NCBI GenBank assembly: GCA_010909165.1
Contig: MU008153.1
Span: 806,001 to 870,000 of the forward strand
From: Anthoceros angustus
Lineage: Eukaryota > Plantae > Anthocerotophyta
Length of the DNA: 64,000 bases
Reading direction: 5' to 3'
Position 1 is the stretch's first letter, and the number at the start of each line of letters is the position of its first letter. The notes under the pieces were generated by a model. That model made no database searches and was not told the DNA's origin. It saw nothing but the letters and a program-made list of their open reading frames with translations. The position numbers were made by a program, and so were the translations under genes. Shown here piece by piece: positions 24,451 through 36,600 of the stretch.

Positions 24451-24630
24451 GCCACGACCAAGTGTGATCACCAATTAGGCCGTCCCTATAGGAAATCAGG
24501 CAGGATCAATCTATGTGTATCTGGAGAGGGGGGAGAAGAATGAATAGGAAAGGTAAGTGTCTTGGGTATGTTGGCCTTTTCTAGTCACCCCCAAAGGATG
24601 TAACTGTTCACATACAAATCCCATCTACCC

Positions 24631-27600
24631 CGAGGCGAAAGGGACAACTTTATTAATGCATCAAGCACCGTGTGAAATGTTATGGGGATCCGGCGAAGTA
24701 TATCAGGATATCCATCGACAGGATGGACCAGCAGAAGACACAGCTTCCCCATTTTACGTGTTTGCTGAAGGATCTTTAGATGTAGGTTTGATCGATATCC
24801 ACGTTGTGGGTTACATGGTTTACAACTACACCATGTCGGCGAAACTATTCATAGCATATGGGAACATCCGGAATGATGCAAACCTGACTATAGCCAGTAT
24901 CTAGCATGTAATTTCAAATTACATGGGACTACTACCAAAGGTCCTCTATCTTCAACTGGACTACTGCACGGGGGAATAAGAATGCACTGCTATTCGCTTA
25001 TCTGAATATGTTGGTGGAGCTTAAGGTTTTCCAGAAGGTAAAAGTAGGATTTCTCCTGGTTGGGCATACACATGACCAGGTTGACCAGATGTTTTCGAGG
25101 TTTTCAATAGTGCTTGCAAGGAAGGAAGCTTTCACGCTCCCAAACTAACCGGTGTTTTGGAGAATGCATATACGCCCAAACCACAAATTATGGAGGTGAA
25201 AGAAGTTCCAGACTTCCGGAAGTTTGTTTGGCCAATACCTTATGGTAAAAGTCGGATATAAACAGTTTCAAAAGAAAGCTTGCACAATGTATCTTTCCAA
25301 AGATCACCAAAATTACCCGAGAAACGCGAGGTGAGCGCGGACTTGTTAGTGTGATGAGGGGTAAACAATATTCCACTGATGAATACTGGTCGCCGGACGA
25401 GGGTTTAGAGTTTTTGAATAATGTTCCCTTGACTCCCATTCAAGCTGCTCGTTTGGTTCAATTGGAGGTCCGAAGTAAAAAAGCGGTTGCAGAGGAGGAT
25501 CCCGAAGGAGTCTTTAAAGAATGCGTGGCAAACTGGAGGAAAAACTCAGGACCCATTTGGGGGCGGGTGAGGATATTTGGTGGGAGGAATTCTGGGCTGA
25601 GGAATCAGCCATTGTCGACAACACAGCATGTGAGCATGCTGAGGAATTAAAGACCGCTTGGCAATGGTACGATAGAACATGTAATGAAGAGTTGCATCGC
25701 CCTTTGGTTGTACCCAAGGCTGAGATTTTACAGCATCCAACCGTCCGTCAAGTGCCATGGCGGGACATGTATGTTGGAGCGTACCGACAGGATGATGCGC
25801 GAAGGAACAAGAAAGCTTGAATGTGTGTTGAGATACAAACAGTCACATGATTGCGGTGCCTTAAGCTTGTGAGATGATGCTAACAATCGACTATTCGCTC
25901 GCAAAAAGTCCTATAGGTGGACTTCCAATGTGACGCCCATTCATTAAAGTCCATTGGTGGGTTACTAAATGCACCGACGACGAAGGCTTTAGAGGAGATG
26001 ATTTTACCTGATCAGCCACCAACTCGCGCCAATCATGGGGGTTGCTCTCAACGTCGGAACTTGAGGTTGCGGAAACACGTCGACAAATTGCTTCTTTCAG
26101 ACACATTCATTTTGGCATACGGGTTTTCTTTAACAAAACAGAAGCAACTAAATGCAAAGACCAGAACCATAATACGGAAAAACATGTACGTTTTGCGCTT
26201 TGTGCAGGAGGAAGCTCCGGAACATATGGAAGGAAGTGACGCATATGATGGCGTTGCGAGAACTGCGCATCGAGGCGAAAGGGACAACTTTATTAATGCA
26301 TCAAGCACCGTGTGAAATGTTATGGGATCCGGCAAGTATATCGGGATATCCATCGACAGGATGGACCAGCAGAAGACACAGCTTCCCCATTTTACGTGTT
26401 TGCTGAAGGATCTTTAGATGGTTTGATCGATATCCACGTTGTGGGTTACATGGTTTACAACTACACCATGTCGGCGAAACTATTCATAGCATATGGGAAC
26501 ATCCGGAATGATGCAAACCTGACTATAGCCAGTATCTAGCATGTAATTTCAAATTACATGGGACTACTACCAAAGGTCCTCTATCTTCAACTGGACTACT
26601 GCACGGGGGAATAAGAATGCACTGCTATTCGCTTATCTGAATATGTTGGTGGAGCTTAAGGTTTTCCAGAAGGTAAAAGTAGGATTTCTCCTGGTTGGGC
26701 ATACACATGACCAGGTTGACCAGATGTTTTCGAGGTTTTCAATAGTGCTTGCAAGGAAGGAAGCTTTCACGCTTCCCAAACTAACCGGTGTTTTGGAGAA
26801 TGCATATACGCCCAAACCACAAATTATGGAGGTGAAAGAAGTTCCAGACTTCCGAAAGTTTGTTTGGCCAATACCTTATGGTAAAGCTGGATATAAACAG
26901 GTTTCAGCAGTAAAACAGTTGCACAATGTATCTTTCCAAAGCATCAGTTCAAAATTACCCGAGAAACGCGAGGTGAGCGCGGACTTGTTAGTGTGATGAG
27001 GGTAAACAATATTCCACCGATGAATACCGTCACGGACGAGGGTTTAGAGTTTTGAATAATGTTCCCTTGACTCCCATTCAAGCTGCTCGTTTGGTTCAAT
27101 TGGAGGTCCGAAGTAAAAAAGCGGTTGCAGAGGGGAGGGATCCTGAAAGGAGTCTTGCAGTAATGCGTGGCAAACTGGAGGAAAAACTCAGGACCCATTT
27201 GGGGGCGGGTGAGGATATTTGGTGGGAGGAATTCTGGGCTGAGGAATCAGCCATTGTCGACAACACAGCATGTGAGCATGCTGAGGAATTAAAGACCGCT
27301 TGGCAATGGTACGATAGAACATGTAATGAAGAGTTGCATCGCCCTTTGGTTGTACCCAAGGCTGAGATTTTACAGCATCCAACCGTCCGTCAAGTGCCAT
27401 GGCGGGACATGTATGTTGGAGCGTACCGACAGGATGATGCGCGAAGGCGGGAACAAGAAAGCTTGAACGGCGATGTGTTGGAGATACAAACAGGTCACAT
27501 GATTGCGGTGCCTTAAGCTTGTGAGACAGATGCTAACAATCGACTATTCTGGCTCGCAAAAGTCCTATAGGTGGACTTCCAATGTGACGCCCCATTCATT

Positions 27601-27993
27601 AAAGTCCATTGGTGGGTTACTAAATGCACTGACGCATTTGAAGGCAGGTACCTAGAGGAGATGATTTTACCTGATCAGCCACCAACTCGCGCCAATCATG
27701 GGGGTTGCTCTCAACGTCGGAACTTGAGGTTGCGGAAACACGTCGACAAATTGCTTCTTTCAGACACATTCATTTTGGCATACGGGTTTTCTTTAACAAA
27801 ACAGAAGCAACTAAATGCAAAGACCAGAACCATAATACGGAAAAACATGTACGTTTTGCGCTTTGTGCAGGAGGAAGCTCCGGAACATATGGAAGGAAGT
27901 GACGCTGCATATGATGGCGTTGCAGAAACTGTCGCATCAGAAGGCGAAGATCTTGAAACCCTTGATGAAAATGGTTCACGCGGTACAGATTAG
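24631..27993 (+). mobile_element. Sola-like (GHTH-D motif) DDD transposase pseudogene, tandemly duplicated (24631-26270 and 26271-~27937)
   Basis: Motifs ISIDRMDQQKTQLP, LYLQLDYCTGE(NKN)ALLFAYLNMLVELKVF and VGFLLVGHTHDQVDQMFSRF; 5' end missing; stops and frameshifts are shared by both copies; 1640-bp offset. Confidence 0.75.
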
Positions 27994-28809
27994 TTAGTTT
28001 TTCAGTTGACCAAGGACTCCAACTAGTAGTGGACTGTGGGCAAGGTGTGCGCCGGCTGACCGGCGCACTTCTCCATCAGTGGATAGGTTATGCGTTCCGC
28101 CATGGACCCAAATGGCATAACCAAGTTCACATCCTGAGCACACAAAATGACGATATAGGACAGAAATTGCGATTATGTTAGAGTACAGCCTTGTTTTTGC
28201 AAATGGCATGAATGGATTTCCCAACAGCGAAAAAAACGCGATATGTAATGACAAGTCAGAGCCAATCGAAGTAAAAAACACCGTATCAGCCAAAACCGTA
28301 TCTCTATCCAGATGGACGTTATTTTTTTTATTAGAACACATGATAAGAACGGCTTGTCCGACGCAAGTTCAAACGCATCCACCAGTTCCGGTCCCCGCAC
28401 ATTTTCTGAAGATTTGAAGGAATGAATTCAAAGACGATAATATATTTTGCCACGTTCTACTGCGGTGCTGTCAAATAGTGGATGCCACATTTGTTCAAAA
28501 CCCGCAATAACGTACATGGTTTTCTGGGACACGCTTTTTTTTGGATATGATGATGGGAAAGTCTGCTGCCTTTTTCCCAGCAGCCCATTTCAACGGAATC
28601 CGCCAATATTGCTCAGACATTGTTGTAAGTTTTTTAAACTACTTAGGCTTAGGTAAATAAACATAATTTTACGGATCATATTTATTTTAGGTATTATGAT
28701 TTCAAGGTTATGAGGATTAATGGTTTTAGAAGGGGAGAGGACAATAAAACCTTCGATTGACAATGTATTAATGAAGCAATGCATGAGCGGTAAACATGGC
28801 TTGCATTGG

Positions 28810-29275
28810 TAATTTGCCTTTGTGATGTGGGTGTTATTCGTGATTTGCCTTTGTGATGTGTGTGGTACATATGATTTCCCTATATGATGCTTGCGCTGCT
28901 CATGATTTTCTTTTATGATATGTATGCCACTCGCAATTTTCCTTTGTGATGTGTGTATCATTCGTGATTTCCCTTTGAGATGTGTATGTCATTCGTGATT
29001 TCCCTTTGAGATGTGTGTGTCATTCGTGATTTCCCTTTGAGATGTGTGTATCATTTGTGATTTCCCTTTGTAATGTGTGTGTCATTCGTGATTTTTTGCG
29101 ATGCTTGGTTTACTCGTGATGCTTGTTTGATTTCCCTTTGAGATGTGTATGTCATTCGTGATTTCCTTTTGAGATATGTGTATCCTTCATGATTTCCCTC
29201 TGTAATGTGTATATCATTCGTGATTTTTTCGGTGCTTGGTTTATTCGTGATGCTTGTTTGATTTCCCTTTGAAAA
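28810..29275. repeat. ~29-31-bp tandem array (left arm)
   Basis: CATTCGTGATTTCCCTTTGAGATGTGT(A/G)TGT units. Confidence 0.9.
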
Positions 29276-29664
29276 CGTCATTGTATTTACTGAAGAACAA
29301 ATAAAAGTTTTACAAAGTGTTGATCGCTCTTAAGGGATTCTTAACCTTAAAATGACAACTCCTATCTTTCAAGTACGACGACACTAGCGTAGCCAGTGGA
29401 AAAGTATTGAGTGTCATGGCACCATGATTCTATCCTTATTAACCCTCTTCTACCTTCGCCAAACATTAAATAACGGGCTAGAGAGCGGTTTTAATTCTTA
29501 TTGTACCCATTACAGACATGAAAAGATGGGAATTATTTGTAATTATCATGATTTCCTATTATTATACATGGTACATACAACTAACAATATATAGGCAACT
29601 TCTTAAAACCTATGTGTCATGCCATTACTCTAGTGAAAAGAAATGAAACCATTCTCCACACTAG

Positions 29665-29724
29665 CCGGTTATATGGCCGGTTATATGGCCGGTTATATGG
29701 CCGGTTATATGGCCGGTTATATGG
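29665..29724. repeat. Perfect 12-bp repeat (CCGGTTATATGG)x5
   Basis: Directly visible ~100 bp downstream of the stop codon of the minus-strand cargo gene. Confidence 0.95.
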
Positions 29725-29821
29725 CTGGAAGCTAATCTAGAAAGTAACCCTTAACTCAGGAATTACAATGAATAACAATTTGTAAACGGCACACAAATAC
29801 AACATAGCATGAAAGTTTCTC

Positions 29822-31408
29822 TTATGCACATAAACATTTATAATATTGACACATATCAGGGGGAATTTGAACTTTCCAATTTTTAGATCTTCTATCTATA
29901 TCAAATTGTCCTGTCCATGGATCAACTTGAGCTCCAGGAATAGGAGGCGGTTCAGCTCTTATTCCTTGAGGTCCTGGAATCTTTGGTTCTGGAGGCAACG
30001 GTAATTGCTTTTCTATTTGAGACATTGTAGCTGTAGGTATTGGTCGTTGTGGTTCTTTCATTGTCCTAGCCACTCCCATCAATACAATACTTGGAATCAT
30101 TAAAATTGTTGCTACTATGAGACTGATCCACATGACCATACCTGCTCGATGTATTGGTTGATGTACAGACTCTTTAGTGATAATCACATCATTCAATGAT
30201 TCAAGAAAATAAGAACAGTTTCCAAGCTTTTGAAGATCATGACGAGTAACTTCCAAATTCTCAGTAACATTAAAGATCATCCAAGTTAATTGTACATACT
30301 TTGTACTATTTGCCGGCTCGATAACACCTTGATTCACAAAATTGACAAAGTTATCATATTCATGTATTGCATTGTTGCTACTTGTATTAAGCTTAGCGCA
30401 AGGTGTAAACCCTCTCCAATCAAACTCTGTATTAAAAGGAGCAGCGTAGACTTGAGCAGCATGCAACGCATCACTTGCAGCTTTGGATGCCACAAAACAA
30501 AAACCAGCTGAAAGTGACATACCTATAACCAAAACAAAACCTATGTATACGAGATACTTAAATATTGGTGCTTGGAGGAACGTCCACTTTGGTCTATACA
30601 GCCGAGCAATAATCATTGTCAATGCTATCACCACTAGAATAAGTGAGGGAACAAAAAATGCAATACTTATTGCATATTCATATCGCATAAGAGACATTCG
30701 CATCAAATGAAGTGATTTTCTTTCCCAAGGATAATCGATACTAGATATTGCCAACTTTGCATTAGATACAAATTGCACCATTTTTCTAGCGTTGCTCTTA
30801 GAGTTCGGATCATAAAAAGTATAATCATCATCGGTTAGGTTCTGTATACCATAGTTCAATTGATTCAATATGTTGTCTATACTTTCTTTAGTAGCTTCAT
30901 ATGGTTTAGTGTTAATTTCCTGAAGAATAGTTGAGCTTGTAGCATGAAATATATGTTGCGCTATGAGAAATATGCACATGGATATAATTCCCAGAATGCA
31001 AGACACAATCATTAGAGATCCTATTCTTGTCAAAACCATTGTCCAATCCTCTAAATCCTCTCGTGAAGAAAATATATGATTGAAGAAGGCAACTAACACC
31101 CCAAATATAATCAACAGTATTCCAGCCCACGCAAAGAAAGGATATCCTGTAAACAAGACACTATTAATATATGCTGTGTCCCAAGGATTAAAACCTCCAT
31201 AATAATGTTTAAAATTATTCATAAAATCAATACGATTTTTTCCAACTTGTAGGGGTCTTGGATTTATTCTGCTATAAGAAATAGGTTCCTCAGATTGATT
31301 AAGTCGCACTGTACTTAATTGCGGTCCCTCTTCATACTTATTCAATGTTGTACAACCAATAAACGTTGAGAAACTTATAATGATAATGAAAAAATAAATT
31401 CGAGACAT
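29822..31408 (-). CDS. Intronless 528-aa multi-pass membrane protein, plant tweety/prominin-like family (At2g12400/At1g71110-type)
   Basis: Likely ATG at 31408 (MSRIYFFIIIISFSTFIG signal peptide); RIDFMNNFKHYYGGFNPWDTAYINSVLFTGYPFF matches the recalled family motif RxDPLxxFxxYxGGWNIxxxHYWASVxFTGxPxF; about 5 hydrophobic segments, two large loops with N-glycosylation sequons, Pro-rich tail. Confidence 0.8.
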   Translation of the reverse strand: MSRIYFFIIIISFSTFIGCTTLNKYEEGPQLSTVRLNQSEEPISYSRINPRPLQVGKNRIDFMNNFKHYYGGFNPWDTAYINSVLFTGYPFFAWAGILLIIFGVLVAFFNHIFSSREDLEDWTMVLTRIGSLMIVSCILGIISMCIFLIAQHIFHATSSTILQEINTKPYEATKESIDNILNQLNYGIQNLTDDDYTFYDPNSKSNARKMVQFVSNAKLAISSIDYPWERKSLHLMRMSLMRYEYAISIAFFVPSLILVVIALTMIIARLYRPKWTFLQAPIFKYLVYIGFVLVIGMSLSAGFCFVASKAASDALHAAQVYAAPFNTEFDWRGFTPCAKLNTSSNNAIHEYDNFVNFVNQGVIEPANSTKYVQLTWMIFNVTENLEVTRHDLQKLGNCSYFLESLNDVIITKESVHQPIHRAGMVMWISLIVATILMIPSIVLMGVARTMKEPQRPIPTATMSQIEKQLPLPPEPKIPGPQGIRAEPPPIPGAQVDPWTGQFDIDRRSKNWKVQIPPDMCQYYKCLCA

Positions 31409-31654
31409 TATTGAAAAGTAAATTCTACATAAACTAGAAGTTTTTGCAAGTTTGCGAATTAGTGCATCTGCAAAAATCAAGAGAAAGATCTTGTTACAGC
31501 CTAAATCCTCTGGAGATACAAAGTTGCACGAAGACTTGTAAAAGGAGGGCTGCTCATAAATATAGGGAAAAAAAAAGAAGAAGAAGCAAAATTAGAAATA
31601 TTTTTAAATATTAAGTTATTATTATTTTGGTTGTGATCACAATGGACTAATTGA

Positions 31655-32175
31655 TAGCAGAGGAAGAGGCACGCACACCACAAAGGGAATTTGTGAGAGG
31701 CTCGCACAGCACAAAGGGAAATTGTGAGTGGCTCGCACATCACAAAGGGAAATCATGAGAGGCCCGCACACCACAAATGAAAATTTCAAGTGGCACGCAC
31801 ACCTTAAGGAGGATTCGAAGGTGGCACACACACTATAAATGGAAATTGCATATGGTACGCACATCACAAAAAGAAATTATCAACGGAAAACACTAGAAAA
31901 GAAAGGGAAATTGCCAGTGGAAAACACTAGAAAGGAAAGGGAAATTGCCAATGCAAAACACTAGAAAGGAAAGGGACATTGCCGGTGGAAAATACTGGAA
32001 AGGAAAGGAAAATTGGCAATGCAAAACATTAGAAAGGAAAGGGAAATTGCCAATAGAAAATACTAGAAAGGAAAGGAAAATTGCCAGTGGAAAATACTAG
32101 AAAGGAAAGCACGAGTGGCCCACATGCTAGAAAGGGAAAGCACAAGTGGCCCACACGTCACAAAGGGAGATCACT
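31655..32175. repeat. Right-arm arrays: ~30-bp CACAAAGGGAAAT units, then ~34-bp GGAAAA(C/T)ACTAGAAAGGAAAGGGAAATTGCCA units
   Basis: Directly visible; the first array is the inverted counterpart of 28810-29275. Confidence 0.9.
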
Positions 32176-32242
32176 GCTGGCACACATATTCACCCCTCAT
32201 ATATTACTTGGTTGGTATAATGTTAAACGAAGGTTGTGATAA

Positions 32243-32497
32243 TATCCTCCCGAGGATAATATCTCAAGGTCAAGTGGCTTTCTTTCGTGGGGATGAATTG
32301 GTGGTGTTTGGCCCTCGTTCATGCAATTTTATTCATACTCTTGATTGATTGAAGATTATTTGTCTTATATAAATTTTACCTTTACATTAGTCCAAACTAT
32401 TTTACCACAATCTATGTAGTTATCATATTTCAGTCCGATGACGGAAATCCGTCCTCAGTGGACTTAAATAAAATTCTTCTTCTTCTTCTTCTTCTTC
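32243..32497 (+). mobile_element. Short LINE-derived insertion in the right arm
   Basis: 5' part translates NILPRIISQGQVAFFRG (L1 RT-like LPxIISxxQxAFVxG); 3' end has hairpin GACGG-AAAT-CCGTC, then AATAAA and (TTC)8; it is absent from the left arm. Confidence 0.55.
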
Positions 32498-33649
32498 TCC
32501 CCTTCTAAACCCATCACACCTTTTGACCTTAAAATCATAATATCTCAAATAATTCTAATTTATACAGCAAATTATATCTACTTATCATACTGATACAGTT
32601 TACAAAAATAACCCAAAGCATCGAGAAGTCCAAAGCATCGACTCACGTGATCCGTAAAATGGTCGGGCCTCCCCTAAACCAGCTATCGAGTTTGGGAGCT
32701 TGGTTACGAGCCCGGACTCGGTCCCACCACGGGACTGAGACAACCAGTGGAAAAGGCAACACGGCAGCTGGATGGACTGCGTACCGCTTTACGTGCACTT
32801 GTGCACCGGGTGCGCGGCACGCGGTTAGTAGATGCGGGGTTAGAAGTAGAAGTGGGGATTAGAAGCGGTTTGCCATGCCACTCTCTCGTGAGAAACATGC
32901 CAGTCTGCGAGCATCCGAACCTCCTGTCAAAGCGACCTCCTCCTTAACGGCCCCATGAACTGCCCTTGCTCGCACTGTTCGCTGACGGCTGCAGCCGAAA
33001 CGCCCCTTTTGCTTCCAGCAGGCCTGCCCAAGGGGACCTCTTGGGACTTCATATGCTGATTGGCGAGACCACAACCTCGAGCTCTTGTATGTCTCATGTT
33101 ATCCCACGACCTCGTGAGAGGCCAGAAGAACTGCCGTCAATGGGTCCTGGTGACCACCTCACTGAACACCCGTCTCCAGCTCCAGCTAGACACCCTCTTG
33201 GGCACTTGGTGTTGTCCTTGCATCGAGGTGGTCGGAAGCACTGGCTAGAAACCACTGCTTTGTTGGGTCTGCGAGGACTGTTTCAGGATGGGTCATGTTG
33301 CCCTTGGCTTGACTCATAGACTGCGCGCCCTGAGCCTATGGGTGCAACAGACTGTGATGCATCATCGGTTAGCGCCTGGAGCAACAGACATGAATGACAG
33401 TGGCATCCCATAATAAGGTTACCAGCCTCCTGCAGTTTACTACCATTTGCTGCCGTCCTTGCAAATCCACACTTACATCCTGCAGACGATAATGTGGTGT
33501 TCTACTTTCTGTATGAAGGCCGTGGCAGTTATACGATGATTCGATCAGCGCAACCTGCAGAGTATTCACAATCTTCCTGGACAATACTTTCTAAGGCACC
33601 TGAGATAGCCAGCTGGTTGCTCTGCACACACGTGTTTTTCTGGTTACTC

Positions 33650-36600
33650 CTAGGAGGTTTCCCCAACCACAAAACTATGCACCAGTCCCTCCATGTCTGT
33701 CCACCAGCTCTGGCCGGGCTGCTTCCATGCCCTGGTTCTCAACCTCGTTGCCTGCATTTCCTCTGCCCGCTGCCACATCTGGGCACCCGTGTATATGTTG
33801 GACATCAAACTATAGGCTGCGGCGTTTTTCTTGTCTAGCTTCACTGCTTCCTTGAAAGCCTGGAGTCCCACCTCCGCATTGTTCCACTTTCGACAAGCAC
33901 CCAATAGTGTGTGCCAAACTGCAGCATCAGGCTGTACAGGCATCGCCCTTATCAAACCTAGGGCTTCATCCAGTTGTCCAGCACGACCCAGAAGATCCAC
34001 CATGCATGTGTAGTGGTCCACCGTGGGAATGATGCCATTTTGTTTGCTCATAGCCTCAAAGCACTCTTGCGCCTTGCTCACCTGACCCGTATGACTGCAA
34101 ACTGTTAGTATACTGAGGAGTGTGACGCCATCCGGCCGTATGCCATCCTCTCTCATTCTAAGAACCAACTCGAAGACCTGTTTACTGTCTCCTTGCTGGG
34201 TGTATCCCGCAATCAGCGCATTCCAGGCACTAATGTCTCTTTTGGACAATTCCTCAAACACCTCCAATGCATCACCCATGCTACCGCACTTCCCATACAT
34301 GTTTATCAAACTGCCAGGTACAAGCTCGTCATCTTGCAACCCTTGTTGTTTAATCTGCGCATGGATCTGCCTTCCCAAAGGCAAAGCTGCCACATTCGCA
34401 CATGCCTGTAAGAGGCCCACAAATGTAACAGAATCAGGTGCAACAACGCCTTCCTGCTGCATAGACCTGTAGACACGGAGAGCTTCCTGCCCCATCCCCT
34501 GTTGGGAATATCCTGCAATCATGGCACTCCACATCACCACATCTTTCTGAGGAAGTCCATCAAACACTTCCTGCGCATCCTCCAGGCTGCCGCACTTTGC
34601 ATACATGTTTACCAAACTGCTGGCTACAAACACATCAGCCTCAAGTCCCTGGTCTCTTATTTCTGCATGAAGCTGCCTCCCCTTCTCCAGACCAGGAGTT
34701 CCCACACTTGCACACGCCTGCAGTAGGCATGCAAATGTCACAGAATTGGGTGTAACCACGCCTTCCTGCTGCATAGCCCCTGAAGAGCTTCCTGCCCCTG
34801 GCCCTGCTGAGAGTACCCTGCTATCATGGCACTCCACGTCACCACATCTTTCTGAGGAAGTCCATCAAACACACCTTGAGCCTTGTCTAAGCTGCCACAC
34901 TTTGCATACATGTTCACCAAGCTGTTGCCCACAAACACATCCGCCTCAAGCCCTTGCTCCTTGATCAGCGCATGAAGCTGCCTGCCCTTCTCCAAAGCCG
35001 AGGCACCCACACTCGCACATGCCTGCAGCAGGCTCACAAACGTCACAGAATCCAGTGCAACCTTGCATTCTTCTTGCATGGCCGTGTAAAGACAAAGGGC
35101 TTTCTGCCCCATGCCCTGCTGGGCATATCCTGCTATCATGGTGTTCCACATCACCACATTCTTTCGACTAAGTCCATCAAACACTCCGAGCATCCACCAG
35201 GCTCCCACACTTCGCATACATGTTCACCAGGCTCCCCTCACAACCACATCACCCTGAAGCCCCTGTTCTCTCATCTCCCCATGGAGCTCCTTCCCTTCTC
35301 CAAACCTGCAACCCCATACTCGCACATGCCTGCAGGAGGCACACAAACGTCACCGAGCTGGGTGCAACAACGCCTTCCTGCTGCATAGACCTGTAGACAC
35401 GGAGAGCTTCCTGCCCCATCCCCTGTTGGGAATATCCTGCAATCATGGCACTCCACATCACCACATCTTTCTGAGGAAGTCCATCAAACACTTCCTGCGC
35501 ATCCTCCAGGCTGCCGCACTTTGCATACATGTTTACCAAACTGCTGGCTACAAACACATCAGCCTCAAGTCCCTGGTCTCTTATTTCTGCATGAAGCTGC
35601 CTCCCCTTCTCCAGACCAGGAGTTCCCACACTTGCACACGCCTGCAGTAGGCATGCAAATGTCACAGAATTGGGTGTAACCACGCCTTCCCGCTGCATAG
35701 CCCCGTAGGCACGAAGAGCTTCCTGCCCCCGGCCCTGCTGAGAGTACCCTGCTATCATGGCACTCCACGTCACCACATCTTTCTGAGGAAGTCCATCAAA
35801 CACACCTTGAGCCTTGTCTAAGCTGCCACACTTTGCATACATGTTCACCAAGCTGTTGCCCACAAACACATCCGCCTCAAGCCCTTGCTCCTTGATCAGC
35901 GCATGAAGCTGCCTGCCCTTCTCCAAAGCCGAGGCACCCACACTCGCACATGCCTGCAGCAGGCTCACAAACGTCACAGAATCCAGTGCAACCTTGCATT
36001 CTTCTTGCATGGCCGTGTAAAGACAAAGGGCTTTCTGCCCCATGCCCTGCTGGGCATATCCTGCTATCATGGTGTTCCACATCACCACATTCTTTCGACT
36101 AAGTCCATCAAACACTCTCCGAGCATCCACCAGGCTCCCACACTTCGCATACATGTTCACCAGGCTCCCCCTCACAACCACATCACCCTGAAGCCCCCGT
36201 TCTCTCATCTCCCCATGGAGCTCCTTCCCCTTCTCCAAACCCGCAACCCCCATACTCGCACATGCCTGCAGGAGGCACACAAACGTCACCGAGCTGGGTG
36301 CAACAACGCCCTCTTCCCTCATAGCCTTGTAGACACCAAGAGCTTCTCGCCCCATGCCCTGCTGAGAATACCCTGCTATCATGGCATTCCACGTCACAAC
36401 ATTCTTCCTCTCCAGCCCATCAAACACTCTCTGAGCATCCTCCAAGCTCCCACATTTGGCATACATGTCCACCAGGCCACTGAAAACAAACAAATCAGGC
36501 TCAACTCCACTGGCCAAAACATCAGCATGCACCTCCTGCCCAGACCTCAAGTCTGCTCCCTTCGCACAGGCCTGAAGAGCTGCTACAAACACATGCCCGT

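Larger units (their letters stand above)
28666..32660. mobile_element. Foldback-like element with long modular inverted ends and a cargo gene
   Basis: Left 28666-28810 is the reverse complement of right 32180-32250 + 32496-32552 + 32648-32660 (TCTCCCCTTCTAAA.CCAT; AAATCATAATA.CT.AAATAA; TGATCCGTAAAAT; about 73-80% by hand count). The inner ~30-bp arrays are also inverted (GTGATTTCCCTTTGAGATGTG versus CACATCACAAAGGGAAATCAT). True termini and TSD not pinned. Confidence 0.7.

Noticed and set aside
28590-29281. ORFs 28590-28961 and 29051-29281
   Set aside because: Products of the 30-bp array.
29276-29332. VFTEEQIKVLQ resembling homeodomain helix 1
   Set aside because: Too short, stops immediately, no helix-3 WF.N motif.
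28810-32175. CRISPR-like array interpretation of the regular ~30-bp repeats
   Set aside because: Units are contiguous with no unique spacers, no cas genes are present, and the context is eukaryotic.
32428-32470. Hammerhead ribozyme (CTGAGGA on the minus strand plus stem)
   Set aside because: No GAAA after stem II and no stem III/UH arrangement on either strand.
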